Of a DNA stretch of 64,000 nt, positions 52,124-62,013 are shown piece by piece. The stretch's first letter is position 1, and every line of letters begins with the position of its first letter. The notes beneath the pieces were generated by a model. The model had not been told where the DNA came from. It made no database searches and was given only the letters and a program-made list of their open reading frames with translations. Position numbers and translations under genes: made by a program. The stretch comes from Deferrisomatales bacterium (GTDB lineage: Bacteria > Desulfobacterota > Deferrisomatia > Deferrisomatales > JACRMM01): positions 19,440-83,439 of the forward strand of contig JAWSUI010000012.1 in the NCBI GenBank assembly GCA_033551855.1. Direction: 5' to 3'.

Positions 52124-52861
52124 TCAGTGTCTTCCCCTCCCGCCTCGGGGCGGCGGGGTCCGCGGCCCGGGCCAGCCCGCGGCCCTGGCCGCGAAGGCGG
52201 CGCCGAACAGGGCCAGTACCGAGGCGCTGCCGCCCCACGGCACGGCGGTGCCCTCCCCCGCCGCCCGCAACGCCCCGGCCAGGACGCCCACCGGGCTCCA
52301 CGCCGCCCCCGCTTCCACAACCCCTCCCAGCCGGGGGGGCAGGGGGACGAGCCCCGAGCCTGCGGCGAGCAGGGCGCAGGCTAGGGCCCCCAGGAGGTGG
52401 GCCTCCGCCCCCGACCGGGCCGCCCCGGCCAGGACGGCGCCGACGCCGTTGAGGAACAGGAGCGAGCCTGCGGCCATCCCCGCCACGGCGAGCCACGACC
52501 CGATCCCCCCGTCGGCGGCCCGCAGCGCCAGCCACAGGGCCAGGGGCGGGGCCACCTGTACCAGGTCGACCGCTGCCCCCGCCAGGCACCCGTCCGCGGT
52601 CGAGAGCCATCGCGGCTGGGGGAGCAGGCGCAGCCGATCGGCCCGTCCGTCCTCGCGGCGGCGCACCCCCGCCACCGTGGACCCGAACAGGCCGACGAGG
52701 ACCACGAGGCCCGCCAGCCCCGCCGACCCGGCCCCCAGCGGCAGGTCCAGAAGCGCAAAGGGCAGGCCCAGCAACAGGGTGGCGCCGACCCGGACCGCGG
52801 CCCCCCGGGGGCCGGCCAGCGCGGCCCGGCACTCCAGTGCGACCAGGCTCGCAACCCTCAC
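52124..52861 (-). CDS. ABC-2 type exporter permease
   Basis: Six hydrophobic segments; RREDG..DRL.LLP motif; follows the ATPase. Confidence 0.7.
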   Translation of the reverse strand: MRVASLVALECRAALAGPRGAAVRVGATLLLGLPFALLDLPLGAGSAGLAGLVVLVGLFGSTVAGVRRREDGRADRLRLLPQPRWLSTADGCLAGAAVDLVQVAPPLALWLALRAADGGIGSWLAVAGMAAGSLLFLNGVGAVLAGAARSGAEAHLLGALACALLAAGSGLVPLPPRLGGVVEAGAAWSPVGVLAGALRAAGEGTAVPWGGSASVLALFGAAFAARAAGWPGPRTPPPRGGRGRH

Positions 52862-53778
52862 GGCCCCTCCCCGCCGGCGAGTCGAACGAGGGCCTCCCGC
52901 AGCCCCGCCCTCCGCACCTCCAGCCCACGGACCTCTCCCCCGCACCGGACCACGTGGGCCAGGAGGGCCGGAACCCAGGCCGGGTCGGCGTCCACCCGGC
53001 CCCACAGGACGCAGCCCTCCTGGAAGAAGTCCTTCGCCCAGGGGGCCGACGGGGGGGAGATCGGCACCTCCCGGGCCAGGGTCACCGTGACCTCCCGGAG
53101 GGGGGAGGCCCGATCCACCAACTCGGCCACCCGCCCCTCGGCGACGGCCTCCCCGCCCTGCAGGAGCACCACCCGGTGCGCCACGCCCTCCACCCAGGAG
53201 GGGTCGTTGCCCGCGACCCAGGTGCTCCTGCCCGCAGCGCTCCTCGCCCGTATCTCCCCCGCCAGGACGTCGGCGAAAGCGGTGTCCACCCCGGCGGTGG
53301 GCTCGTCGAGCACCAGTAGCTCCGGGTCCGGGCACAGGGCCTGCACGAGGGCGAGCTTGCGCCGCATGCCGTAGGACCAGTGGCCCACCGGCTCCCGGGC
53401 CTGGGCCCGGAGCCCCGCGCGCTCGAACCAGGAACCGACCCCCGCCTCGGCGGCCCGGTGGCCCAGACCCCTGGCCCGGGCCCAGAAGTAGGCGTTGTCC
53501 CAGCCGGAGAGCCCGTCCCAGTGGGCCGCGCGCTCCAGGCAGGCGCCCACCCTCCCGAGGTGGGCGCGGCTTCCCGCCCCCACCTCGGCCCCCAGGACCC
53601 GCACCGTTCCGCGGTCCGGGCGCTCCAGGCCAAGCAGGAGCCGGGTGAGGGTGGTCTTCCCGGAACCGTTGCGGCCCAGGACGGCCACACACCGTCCACC
53701 CCCAAGGGTCAGGGAAATGCCCCGGACACCCCGCCCCGGGGCAAACTCCCGTGCCGCGTCCACGATCTCGACCGCCAC
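52858..53778 (-). CDS. ABC transporter ATP-binding protein
   Basis: GRNGSGKT, WSYGMRRKL signature, LVLDEPT. Confidence 0.88.
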   Translation of the reverse strand: MAVEIVDAAREFAPGRGVRGISLTLGGGRCVAVLGRNGSGKTTLTRLLLGLERPDRGTVRVLGAEVGAGSRAHLGRVGACLERAAHWDGLSGWDNAYFWARARGLGHRAAEAGVGSWFERAGLRAQAREPVGHWSYGMRRKLALVQALCPDPELLVLDEPTAGVDTAFADVLAGEIRARSAAGRSTWVAGNDPSWVEGVAHRVVLLQGGEAVAEGRVAELVDRASPLREVTVTLAREVPISPPSAPWAKDFFQEGCVLWGRVDADPAWVPALLAHVVRCGGEVRGLEVRRAGLREALVRLAGGEGP

Positions 53779-53785
53779 CGCGCCC

Positions 53786-53989
53786 CTACTCGAAACGCAG
53801 CACCGTGGCCTGCGTGACGACCACGGGGCCATCGGGCCGGGTCTCGCAGACTTCGTACACGACGACCCGGTCCCCCACACGGCAGTCCCGCCCCAGGAGG
53901 CGGGCCCGGGCGATGTGCCGGTGGAAGGGCGGCGCCGCCGGGCGAAACCGCCGGAGAACCACCTCGAAAGCTTCCGGGAGCTCCGCCAC
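53786..53989 (-). CDS. Small hypothetical protein (CDC48 N-domain subdomain-2-like)
   Basis: RVGDRVVVYEVCETRPDGPVVVTQATVLRF beta-rich pattern; tight spacing in the operon. Confidence 0.55.
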   Translation of the reverse strand: MAELPEAFEVVLRRFRPAAPPFHRHIARARLLGRDCRVGDRVVVYEVCETRPDGPVVVTQATVLRFE

Positions 53990-55177
53990 TCACCCCTCCC
54001 CTGGGCCCATGCCCAGACGGCGGGCCACCTGGTCGAAGGCCTCCGCCGTGACGGTCCCTTCCCCCGCGGCCCGCGCCGCATCCTCCACGACCCGCCGGGC
54101 CATGGCCCGGGCCACGGGGGGGACCCGCCCCAGCCGGGCCGCCGCACCGGGCTCCCAGGGCAGCTCCTCTCCGGGGCTTGGCCCGCCGCCTCCCCCGGGG
54201 GCCGCGGCCACCAGGACGTGGCAGGGGGCCAGCCTCGCGACCGCTTCGGCGTGGGAGCCCAGGTCGGAGCCTTCCTCCCGGTTGTGGCCGAACCGCCCCA
54301 GCACTGCCAGCCCGGCCCCCACGGCGACGGCCCGGTCCACGAGGGCCCGGTAGGCCTTGCCGCGGAGGAGCACCTCCCCGGGCTCCCGCCCGAGCCGCCG
54401 GGCCAGGGCCCCGGCCTCGCCGAGGAACGACCGGTACAGGGCACCCAGACCGTCGTCGATGATCCGGTCGTGGAGCTCCTCCTGGCGGTCCAGCCCCACC
54501 TCCATCTGCCGTTCGAGGGGCAGCGCCCTGCCCATGACCCGAAAGATGGTCCGGTGGAGCTCGGGGTCGTAGGCCGCCGCCACCTCCAGCGCCGCGCCGA
54601 GCAGACCCGACCAGGCCGCGGCTCGGCGCAAGGCCGTCTCGGCCCCGGGGCTCCCGTCGACGCCCGCCAGCACCGGGCCCCGCGGGGCGCCGGCCCGGGC
54701 CAGGAGCACGTCGCAAGGGGCCCCCCGGAGGACCCGCGCCGCCGTGCTCCCAAACTGCCCGTCCCCCTGGGCACCCAGTCCCTGTGCCCCCAGCACGAGA
54801 AGCCCGACGCCCCGGTCCCGGGCCAGGCGCAAGAGCTCCACGTAATTGCGTCCCCGGGCCACGGCTTCAACCGCCGAGACCCCGGCGTCCCGGGCCTCGG
54901 CCAGGAACCCCTCCAGGTACCCGTGGGAGAGCGCCCGGAACCCCTCGCCCATCAAGCCGTCGTGGGACCGCCGCAGTTCGTCCAGCACGCCGGGCTCCCG
55001 GTACCTCCCGGGGAGCCCGGGCTCCATCTCCCGGAACCGGGCGTCGTGGATGGCGGCGTCGTAGACGTGGACGGCGACCAGGGAGCACCCGAGGTGCCGG
55101 GCGACCTCCAGGGAGAGGCTCGCCCCCGCGCGGGAGTCCGGAGACCCGTCCAGGGCCACGAGAACGGTGGAATACAC
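53990..55177 (-). CDS. Tandem universal stress protein domains plus C-terminal PCP_red-like domain
   Basis: VLVALDGS, GAQGLG...FGS, LAGVDGS, GRFG...LGS; LPWEPGAAARLGRVPPVARAMARRVVEDAA. Confidence 0.8.
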   Translation of the reverse strand: MYSTVLVALDGSPDSRAGASLSLEVARHLGCSLVAVHVYDAAIHDARFREMEPGLPGRYREPGVLDELRRSHDGLMGEGFRALSHGYLEGFLAEARDAGVSAVEAVARGRNYVELLRLARDRGVGLLVLGAQGLGAQGDGQFGSTAARVLRGAPCDVLLARAGAPRGPVLAGVDGSPGAETALRRAAAWSGLLGAALEVAAAYDPELHRTIFRVMGRALPLERQMEVGLDRQEELHDRIIDDGLGALYRSFLGEAGALARRLGREPGEVLLRGKAYRALVDRAVAVGAGLAVLGRFGHNREEGSDLGSHAEAVARLAPCHVLVAAAPGGGGGPSPGEELPWEPGAAARLGRVPPVARAMARRVVEDAARAAGEGTVTAEAFDQVARRLGMGPGEG

Positions 55178-55197
55178 CCTTGCCTCCCTTTGGGCTC

Positions 55198-56523
55198 TCA
55201 GCCCCCTTCCGTCGCTCGGCCGGAGGGCGCCGAGGCTGCCAGGCGCAGCGCCCGCAGGGCTTCGACAGCCAGCTCCAGCGTCACCCGGGGGAACCCCCGC
55301 TCCCCGGCGTACCCTTCCACGGCCCGCCGCGCCTCCTCCCTCGCGGCGGTCGGCACCCCCCCCAGGCTCGCGAGCGCCGCGTCGTCCCACGGCAGCGCCG
55401 CGGGGCCGAGGCCGCACGGCCCTGCGGCCCGCACCCGGTGGGGGGTCTTGTCCCGGGCTTCGGAGACCCAGAACACGTACGCGTACCGGAAGCGGGGTTG
55501 GGCGATGTGGAAGCCGTCGTACTCGAAGAGGGTGCGTGCCAGCCGGAGGAATTCGAAGCGAGGTTCGCCGGCCTCCACGATCTCCACGGCGCAGTCCACC
55601 TGATAGCTCAGGTAGCCGGGGCCGTGGCCCGTGAAGAGGAGCGCCGCCAGGGGGTAGCGCCGCAGATTCTCCAAGGTCGAGCCCTCGAAGATCTCCAGGG
55701 TCCCCAGGCAGCGGGGGTCCAGGGCCTGCCGGTCGAAGCCGAAGTGCGCCGCGGCGGCGAGCCGTTCCCGCAGGCTGTCGCGGGCGGGCCTGCCCCGGGC
55801 ACCTTCGGCGGCCTGCCGATACAGGGTCGAGAACTCCTCGACTCGTTCGGGCCGGGGGAGGTAGCCCACGCCCTTGTTGGCGCACCCGAACGGAAACCCT
55901 GCACCCTCCCGCCGTGTCACGAGCACGGGCAGGTGCTGGGCGAAGAAGGCCGCGCCCCCCTCCCCGTCGGACAGGGCCCGGTACGTCTGCCGGCGTCCGG
56001 CATCGAGCCAGTCGAGGAGCGGCCCCGGCAGCTCCCCGGCGGGAAGCCGCAGGGGCCCCGTGGGCAGGTCGACCCACAGCTCCCGCTCCCCCCGGCGCAC
56101 GGCGCCCCCGCCGCCCCCCGCGGCGCGCCCCAGTTCCAGGACGCGCCGGCACTGCCGGTCGGACAGGGGCACCACCGAGAGCCGCCCCTGGCGCACGAGG
56201 GGCGAGCCCTCGAAGACCGGGTCCCCCTTGAGCTCGGAAAGCGGCACCGGCCTGGGCAGCCTCGCTACGGGGCGCACCGGCACCGCTGCCAGCCGGGGCT
56301 CGGACGGGTCGGGCCCCGGCGCCCCGGCGACCTGCGCCACGCCGACCGCGGCCCGTTCCCTTCCCGTGTGATAGACGATGGCCCGGTCTCCCGGGGCCAT
56401 GGCCCGGAGGTGCACCTGGGCCTGGGGGTTGCGGACCCCATCCCACAGGCCCTGCCCGTCGCGCCGCAGATCGTCGTAAGAGTACTGCGTGGGCTCGGTC
56501 TTGAGCAGCCAGCACGACGCCAT
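55198..56523 (-). CDS. EVE domain + PNPOx-like split barrel + PCP_red-like fusion protein
   Basis: WLLKTEP..YS, WDGVRN, YHTG, RLSV (EVE); LEIFEGSTLENLR...SYQV...DKTP; LPWDDAALASL..VP..AR. Confidence 0.7.
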   Translation of the reverse strand: MASCWLLKTEPTQYSYDDLRRDGQGLWDGVRNPQAQVHLRAMAPGDRAIVYHTGRERAAVGVAQVAGAPGPDPSEPRLAAVPVRPVARLPRPVPLSELKGDPVFEGSPLVRQGRLSVVPLSDRQCRRVLELGRAAGGGGGAVRRGERELWVDLPTGPLRLPAGELPGPLLDWLDAGRRQTYRALSDGEGGAAFFAQHLPVLVTRREGAGFPFGCANKGVGYLPRPERVEEFSTLYRQAAEGARGRPARDSLRERLAAAAHFGFDRQALDPRCLGTLEIFEGSTLENLRRYPLAALLFTGHGPGYLSYQVDCAVEIVEAGEPRFEFLRLARTLFEYDGFHIAQPRFRYAYVFWVSEARDKTPHRVRAAGPCGLGPAALPWDDAALASLGGVPTAAREEARRAVEGYAGERGFPRVTLELAVEALRALRLAASAPSGRATEGG

Positions 56524-56779
56524 CGTTTCCTCGTCCGGAGGGAGCCCCAGCCGGACCCGAGTGTAACAGGAGGAGCGGCCCGTGAACATCGCCGGGCGGA
56601 GCCCACCGCCCGAGGTGACCGCGCAGCGGGTCGCGCAACGCGGGGGCCGGGGGCCTTGCGCCGGCCGCCGGGTGCGGTATGAGGGACGCCACGGCCGACA
56701 CCCCCGCGCCCGGAGGCGGAACCCGCGCCCCCCGCGACAGGGCCGGGTCGTTTCCCGGAGGAGCCTGAAAGGAGAGCCG

Positions 56780-57781
56780 ATGACGCCGAAAGCCTTTCCC
56801 GCGCTCGTGGTCTCGGAGACCCCGGAGAAGACGTATGTGACCGCCGTCCAGGAGCGCCGCCTCGACGAGCTTCCCCCCGGCGACGTCCTGGTGCGGGTCT
56901 CGTACTCCTCCGTCAACTACAAGGATGTCCTCTCCTGCACGGGGAACCGGGGGGTCACCCGCCGGTACCCCCACACCCCGGGGATCGACGCCGCCGGCGT
57001 GGTGGCGGAGAGCACCGACATCCGGTTCCGGGAAGGAGACCCGGTCATCGTGACGAGCTACGACCTGGGGATGAACACCCCGGGCGGCTACGGCCGGTAC
57101 ATCCGGGTGCCGGGGGACTGGGTGGTACCCCTGCCCGAGGGCCTCACCCTCCGGGAGAGCATGATCTACGGGACGGCGGGCTTCACGGCAGCCCTCTCCG
57201 TCCACCGGCTGCTCCAGGAGGGCCTGGACCCGGCGGCGGGGGACCTCCTGGTCTCGGGGGCGACCGGCGGGGTGGGCTCCATCGCCCTGTCCCTGCTCGC
57301 CAAGGGGGGATACCGGGTGACCGCGGTCAACGGCGTCGTGGACGAGGCCGACTACCTGCGGGAGTTGGGCGCCCGGGAGATCCTCTCCATCGAGGAAGCC
57401 GCCGACCGGAGCGGCAAGCCCCTGCTCCCCGCGCGGTGGGCCGGCGCCGTCGACACCGTGGGGGGCGAGATCCTGGCCACCGCCGTCAAGTCCACGGCCC
57501 CCTGGGGGCGGGTCACCTGTTGCGGGAACATCGCCTCCCACGAGCTTCCCCTGAACGTCTACCCCTTCATCCTGCGTGGGGTGACGCTGCTGGGGATCGA
57601 CTCCCAGAACTGTCCCATGCCCCTGCGTCGGACCGTCTGGGGGCGCATCGCGGGAGAGTGGAAGATCCCCTGGCTGGACCGGATCACGACGGAGACGTCC
57701 CTGGAGGGGCTCCCCGAGCACGTGGAGCGCGTGCTCCAGCGGCGGAACCGGGGGCGTACGGTGGTGAGGCTCCCCGAGTAG
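56780..57781 (+). CDS. YhdH/AcuI-family NADPH quinone/acryloyl-CoA reductase (MDR superfamily)
   Basis: SSVNYKD, PGID, GTAGFTA, GATGGVG, PFILRGV.LLGIDS. Confidence 0.92.
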   Translation: MTPKAFPALVVSETPEKTYVTAVQERRLDELPPGDVLVRVSYSSVNYKDVLSCTGNRGVTRRYPHTPGIDAAGVVAESTDIRFREGDPVIVTSYDLGMNTPGGYGRYIRVPGDWVVPLPEGLTLRESMIYGTAGFTAALSVHRLLQEGLDPAAGDLLVSGATGGVGSIALSLLAKGGYRVTAVNGVVDEADYLRELGAREILSIEEAADRSGKPLLPARWAGAVDTVGGEILATAVKSTAPWGRVTCCGNIASHELPLNVYPFILRGVTLLGIDSQNCPMPLRRTVWGRIAGEWKIPWLDRITTETSLEGLPEHVERVLQRRNRGRTVVRLPE

Positions 57782-57847
57782 GCGCGGCGCCCACGGGGGC
57801 CCGCCGGCTCCGAACGCGCCCTCGGGCCCTCCGGGCGGGCGAGCGTC

Positions 57848-59884
57848 TCACCCCTGGGCGCGGTCGTACCGGCGGAAGGTCATGGTAAACGTGGCGCGCC
57901 CCTGGGTGAGGGAGCGCAGGTCGGTGGAGTACCCGAACATCCGGCGCAGGGGGACCAGGGCCTCGATCTCCGTCGTGCCCCGGCCGGCGTTCATGCCCCG
58001 GATCTCTCCCCGCCGGGCGTTGAGATCGCCGATGACCTCTCCCACGTGGTCCTCGGGGGTCACCACGTCCACCTGCATGAGGGGCTCCAGGAGGACCGGC
58101 CGGGCGTCCCGGCAAGCCTCGCGGAAGGCCTGGTTGGCGGCCACCTTGACCGCCATCTCGCTCGCGCTGTCCTGCTCTGCGGTGAGCTCGGTGATGTGGG
58201 CGTGCACGTCCTCCACGGGGTGGCCGGCCAGCACGCCGCTCAGGAGGGCCTCCCGCAACCCCCCCACCGCCGCGTCCATCCAGGCCGGGGGGAGGCCGGA
58301 GGTCTCGGTCGCGAAATCCACCCGATTGCCCTCCCCTCGGGGGGCGCCCTGCACCCGAACGGCCACGGCGGCGCGGTGGCGCTTCTCGCCCAGGGTGCGG
58401 TCGAAGACGGCGCGGCCCGTGCCCTGTCCTTCGAGGGTCTCCTTGTAGACGACCTGGGGCTTGCCCACCTGGACCCGGAGGTGGAAGTCGTCGGCCATAC
58501 GCCGGATCAGGACCTCGAGGTGGAGCTCCCCCATCCCCGAGACGAGGGTCTGCCCGGTCTCCTCGTTGACCTCGTGGCGAAAGGAGGGATCTTCCATGGC
58601 CAGCCGTTGGAGGACGTCGAGGAGCTTCTCCTCGTCCTGGCTCTTCTCGGGCTCCACGGCCACGCTGATCACGGGCTCGGCGAAGGCGATGGTTTCCAGG
58701 AGGAGCGGGTGGTCCTGGTCGCAGAGCGTGTCACCCGTGACCGTCCACTTGAGCCCGGTCAGGGCCAGGATGTCCCCCGCGTGGGCGTCCTCCGCCCGTT
58801 CCTTCTTGTCCGCGTGCACCCTCAGGATGGCGGCCGGCTTCTCCAGGCGCCGGCGGGTGGCGTTGTAGACCCTCCCCCCCGCATACTCCCCCGAGTAGAC
58901 CCGGACGTAGGTGAGGACCCGCCCCTGCTCCTGCTGGATCTTGAAGGCCAGGGCGGAAAAGGGCGCGTTCACGTCGGCCGGGCGCACCTCCTCGGCTCCC
59001 GTCTCCGGGTGGATGCCCTTCACCGGGGGCACGTCCGCGGGGCTGGGGAGGTAGGCGACCACCGCGTCGAGGAGGAGCTGCACCCCCTTGTTCCGGAGGG
59101 CCGCCCCACAGAAGACCGGGACGATCCGGTTCTCGACGGTGAGGCGCCGGATGGTGGGCCGCAGGGCCTCCTCGCCGGGCCAACGCCCCTCCAGGTAGGC
59201 CTCGGCCACGTCGTCGTCCAGGTCCCCGAGGCCCTCCAGGAGCGCCTCCCGCCCCCGGGCCAGGATCGCTTCCTCCTCACCCCGGGGGGCCCGCCGGACC
59301 GGGTGCGCGCCCAGGTCGGTCTCCTCCCACTCCACCGTCTCGCCGGTGACGAGATCGACGCAGGCGCGGAAGGCCGACTCGGCCCCGAGGGGGAGGACGA
59401 GGGGAAGGGGCCGGGCCTGGAGGCGCTTGCGCAGGCTCTCCACGCTGGCCCAGAAGTCGGCGCCCACCCGATCCATCTTGTTCACGAAGCACAGCCGGGG
59501 CACGTGATAGTGCTCGGCCTGCCTCCAGATGGTCTCGGTCTGGGGCTCCACACCGGACACCGCGTCCAGCACCACGACGGCCCCGTCCAGGACGCGGAGG
59601 CTCCTCTCGACCTCCACGGTGAAGTCCACGTGCCCCGGGGTGTCGATCAGATTGAGCTGGTGATCCCGCCACTCCACCCGGGTGGTGGCCGCCGTGATGG
59701 TGATCCCCCGCTCCTGCTCCTGCTTCATCCAGTCCATGACGGCCTGGCCGTCGTGGACTTCCCCGATCTTGTGGATCCGCCCGGTGTAGTACAGGATCCG
59801 CTCGCTGATGGTGGTCTTGCCCGCGTCGATGTGCGCGAAGATCCCGAAATTGCGGATCTGGTTCATCCGCCGGAGCTCAGACAT
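57848..59884 (-). CDS. fusA: Elongation factor G (copy outside the str operon)
   Basis: [44 protein letters not shown]. Confidence 0.93.
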   Translation of the reverse strand: MSELRRMNQIRNFGIFAHIDAGKTTISERILYYTGRIHKIGEVHDGQAVMDWMKQEQERGITITAATTRVEWRDHQLNLIDTPGHVDFTVEVERSLRVLDGAVVVLDAVSGVEPQTETIWRQAEHYHVPRLCFVNKMDRVGADFWASVESLRKRLQARPLPLVLPLGAESAFRACVDLVTGETVEWEETDLGAHPVRRAPRGEEEAILARGREALLEGLGDLDDDVAEAYLEGRWPGEEALRPTIRRLTVENRIVPVFCGAALRNKGVQLLLDAVVAYLPSPADVPPVKGIHPETGAEEVRPADVNAPFSALAFKIQQEQGRVLTYVRVYSGEYAGGRVYNATRRRLEKPAAILRVHADKKERAEDAHAGDILALTGLKWTVTGDTLCDQDHPLLLETIAFAEPVISVAVEPEKSQDEEKLLDVLQRLAMEDPSFRHEVNEETGQTLVSGMGELHLEVLIRRMADDFHLRVQVGKPQVVYKETLEGQGTGRAVFDRTLGEKRHRAAVAVRVQGAPRGEGNRVDFATETSGLPPAWMDAAVGGLREALLSGVLAGHPVEDVHAHITELTAEQDSASEMAVKVAANQAFREACRDARPVLLEPLMQVDVVTPEDHVGEVIGDLNARRGEIRGMNAGRGTTEIEALVPLRRMFGYSTDLRSLTQGRATFTMTFRRYDRAQG

Positions 59885-59896
59885 GGGTCATCCCCT

Positions 59897-60544
59897 TCAC
59901 GGTCGCTCCCGAACCCACTGCGGATCCGGCGCGAGAGGTTCCGAGAGCTTCACGTGTCCGGCCAGGGTCTCCCGCGCCTCGCCCCCCAGCAGGATCAGGA
60001 CGGACCGGACCCCCGGCACGTTCTCGCACAGGGTGTGGACGACGCCGTACACCGTGAGCAGCTCCCCCGAGGCCCCTCCCGGCGCGTAGGCTGCCAGCTC
60101 GGCCTCGAAGTCGATCACGGCCAGGCCGTCGGGCCCGAGATAGGCCCCGCGAAGCCGGGCGGCCCGGGGGAGCACCGCGGCCCTGCCCTCCTCCCGGGGC
60201 CCCTCGGCGAGGGCCTCCACCAGGGCCCCCAGGCTCCGCACGGCGTCCAGGCCGGCAGGCAGGCGCCGGCTCTCCGGCACGAGTTGCGTCCACCGAGGAT
60301 CGGCGAAGTAGAGCGTGACCTCCCGGCCTCCCGGGGCGGTCAGGCCCGGCAGCGCCACCGGAAGGACCCCGTGCCGGTCCGGGAGGCCGAGCCGTTGCAC
60401 GAGCACCCCCCCTGCGACGAGGAGAGCCAGGAGCACCGCGCCCCAGGCAACCCAACGGCGGCGGGCCCGGCCCCGGGGTCGGGTTCGCCGCCGCGCGGCC
60501 GCCCTCGCCGCAGGGGCGTCCTTCCGAAGCTGATCGCGGGCCAT
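59897..60544 (-). CDS. GerMN domain membrane protein
   Basis: N-terminal TM, VTLYF, L.EGP, ELLTVYGVVHTL, ETLAGH. Confidence 0.85.
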   Translation of the reverse strand: MARDQLRKDAPAARAAARRRTRPRGRARRRWVAWGAVLLALLVAGGVLVQRLGLPDRHGVLPVALPGLTAPGGREVTLYFADPRWTQLVPESRRLPAGLDAVRSLGALVEALAEGPREEGRAAVLPRAARLRGAYLGPDGLAVIDFEAELAAYAPGGASGELLTVYGVVHTLCENVPGVRSVLILLGGEARETLAGHVKLSEPLAPDPQWVRERP

Positions 60545-60605
60545 GCCACCTCCTGCCAAAGGCGTCGCACTTTACCACAGCGGGCCGGGCGGCTACGAGG
60601 GGCAA

Positions 60606-60989
60606 GGCCCCCATCCTCGATCCACCGGCTGGTTGACAAGCGGAGTCCGGGAGCCCCTGGGTTTCGCCCCGCAATCCGCGGCAATTCGAAGGTTCTTCCG
60701 TTACACGACCGGGTGGGCCCGCCCCCTCCGGCAGACGATGCCGGGCTGTACGGTAGGTGCGCTCCCGCGCCGCATTCGGAATGCTCGCGGCATCGCGGCT
60801 CCTGAAACGGCTGCTCCCGTCGAGCGGCCGTCCGCCTGCGTGGCCGGGCCCACCCGGTCGTCCCTGGGCACGGGTACCCGGTCATTTCCCGGATGAACCC
60901 ATTCGAAGAGGTGCCCCAGCAGTCCCCGGTGCGCCGGGCTTCACCCGCTTGCGCCGGCCTCGTCGGGTCGGTGGAGGCGGTGCGGGGCC
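60606..60989. mobile_element. MITE family A, copy 4, interrupted by a family C MITE
   Basis: Both flanks match the reverse complement of 8946-9109. Confidence 0.8.
60690..60900 (+). mobile_element. MITE family C, copy 3 (211 bp)
   Basis: AGGTTCTTCCG...GGATGAACCC with perfect 6-bp duplication ATTCGA (60684-60689, 60901-60906). Confidence 0.9.
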
Positions 60990-61155
60990 GTGCGAAGGGG
61001 AGTCCCGACGGGCCCCGGTGCTCCGACCGTCACCGCGTCCTGCGGGCGGGGGCGACCGTGTGGGTGCATCCCAGGGCGCTGGGGCGGGCTTCCCCCCGGT
61101 CCCCGGGGGAGGGTACGATGGGGGGGCCCGACCCACACCCTCACCGGAGCGAGCC

Positions 61156-62013
61156 GTGCGTCCCTTGGACCCGGAGACCCCCGCCCTCTTCCTGCGCCTC
61201 CTGGAGATCGTGGAGACCCTGCGATCCCCCGAGGGGTGCCCGTGGGACCGGGAGCAGACCCCGCGCACCATCGCGCCTTACCTGGTGGAGGAAGCCCACG
61301 AAGTCCAGGAGGCCGTGGAGCGGGGCGATCCGCAGGAGGTGTGCGAGGAGCTCGGCGACGTGCTCCTCGAGGTCGCCCTGCTCTCCCAGATGGGGCGCGA
61401 GGAGGGATCCTTCACGGCCGCCGACTGCCTGCGGGCGATCTGCGCCAAGCTCGTGCGGCGCCACCCCCACGTTTTCGGGGGCGCCTCGGCGCGGGACGCG
61501 GCGGCCGTGCGGGAGAGCTGGGCTCGCATCAAGGCCGCTGAAGGGGGGAAACGGGGAGCCCTGGAAGGGGTACCCCGCCGCCTCCCCGCCCTCCACCGGG
61601 CCCGGCGGGTGTCCGAGAAGGCCGCCGGGGTCGGGTTCGATTGGGCCGACCCGGCGGGGGTGCTGAAAAAAGTGGAGGAGGAGCTCGCCGAGCTGCGAGC
61701 CGCCGTCGCCGCCGGGAGCCGGTCCGATGCCGAGGAGGAGCTGGGGGACCTGCTGTTCGCCCTCGTCAACCTGGGCCGGCACCTGGGGCTGGACCCGGAG
61801 GGGGCCCTCCACGGGACCACGGAGAAGTTCCTCTCGCGCTTCGCCCGGGTGGAGGAGGGGCTGGCCGCCCGAGGCCTTCGCCCGGCGGAGGCCTCCACGG
61901 AGGAGATCGCCCGCCTCTGGAACCAGGCGAAGGCGTCGCTTCGCGCCTCCTCAGCGCCGGAGACGGCGGCCCAGGACCCCCACGACCCGGGAAGCGTCGC
62001 CCAGACCGAGTAG
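61156..62013 (+). CDS. mazG: Nucleoside triphosphate pyrophosphohydrolase MazG
   Basis: LRSPEGCPWDREQT, EELGD twice, RRHPHVF, GFDW. Confidence 0.95.
   Translation: MRPLDPETPALFLRLLEIVETLRSPEGCPWDREQTPRTIAPYLVEEAHEVQEAVERGDPQEVCEELGDVLLEVALLSQMGREEGSFTAADCLRAICAKLVRRHPHVFGGASARDAAAVRESWARIKAAEGGKRGALEGVPRRLPALHRARRVSEKAAGVGFDWADPAGVLKKVEEELAELRAAVAAGSRSDAEEELGDLLFALVNLGRHLGLDPEGALHGTTEKFLSRFARVEEGLAARGLRPAEASTEEIARLWNQAKASLRASSAPETAAQDPHDPGSVAQTE

Noticed and set aside
53990..57721. 1243-aa minus-strand ORF as one giant protein
   Set aside because: Only the 3' part from GTG 55177 has USP motifs; the upstream part overlaps genuine genes in other frames
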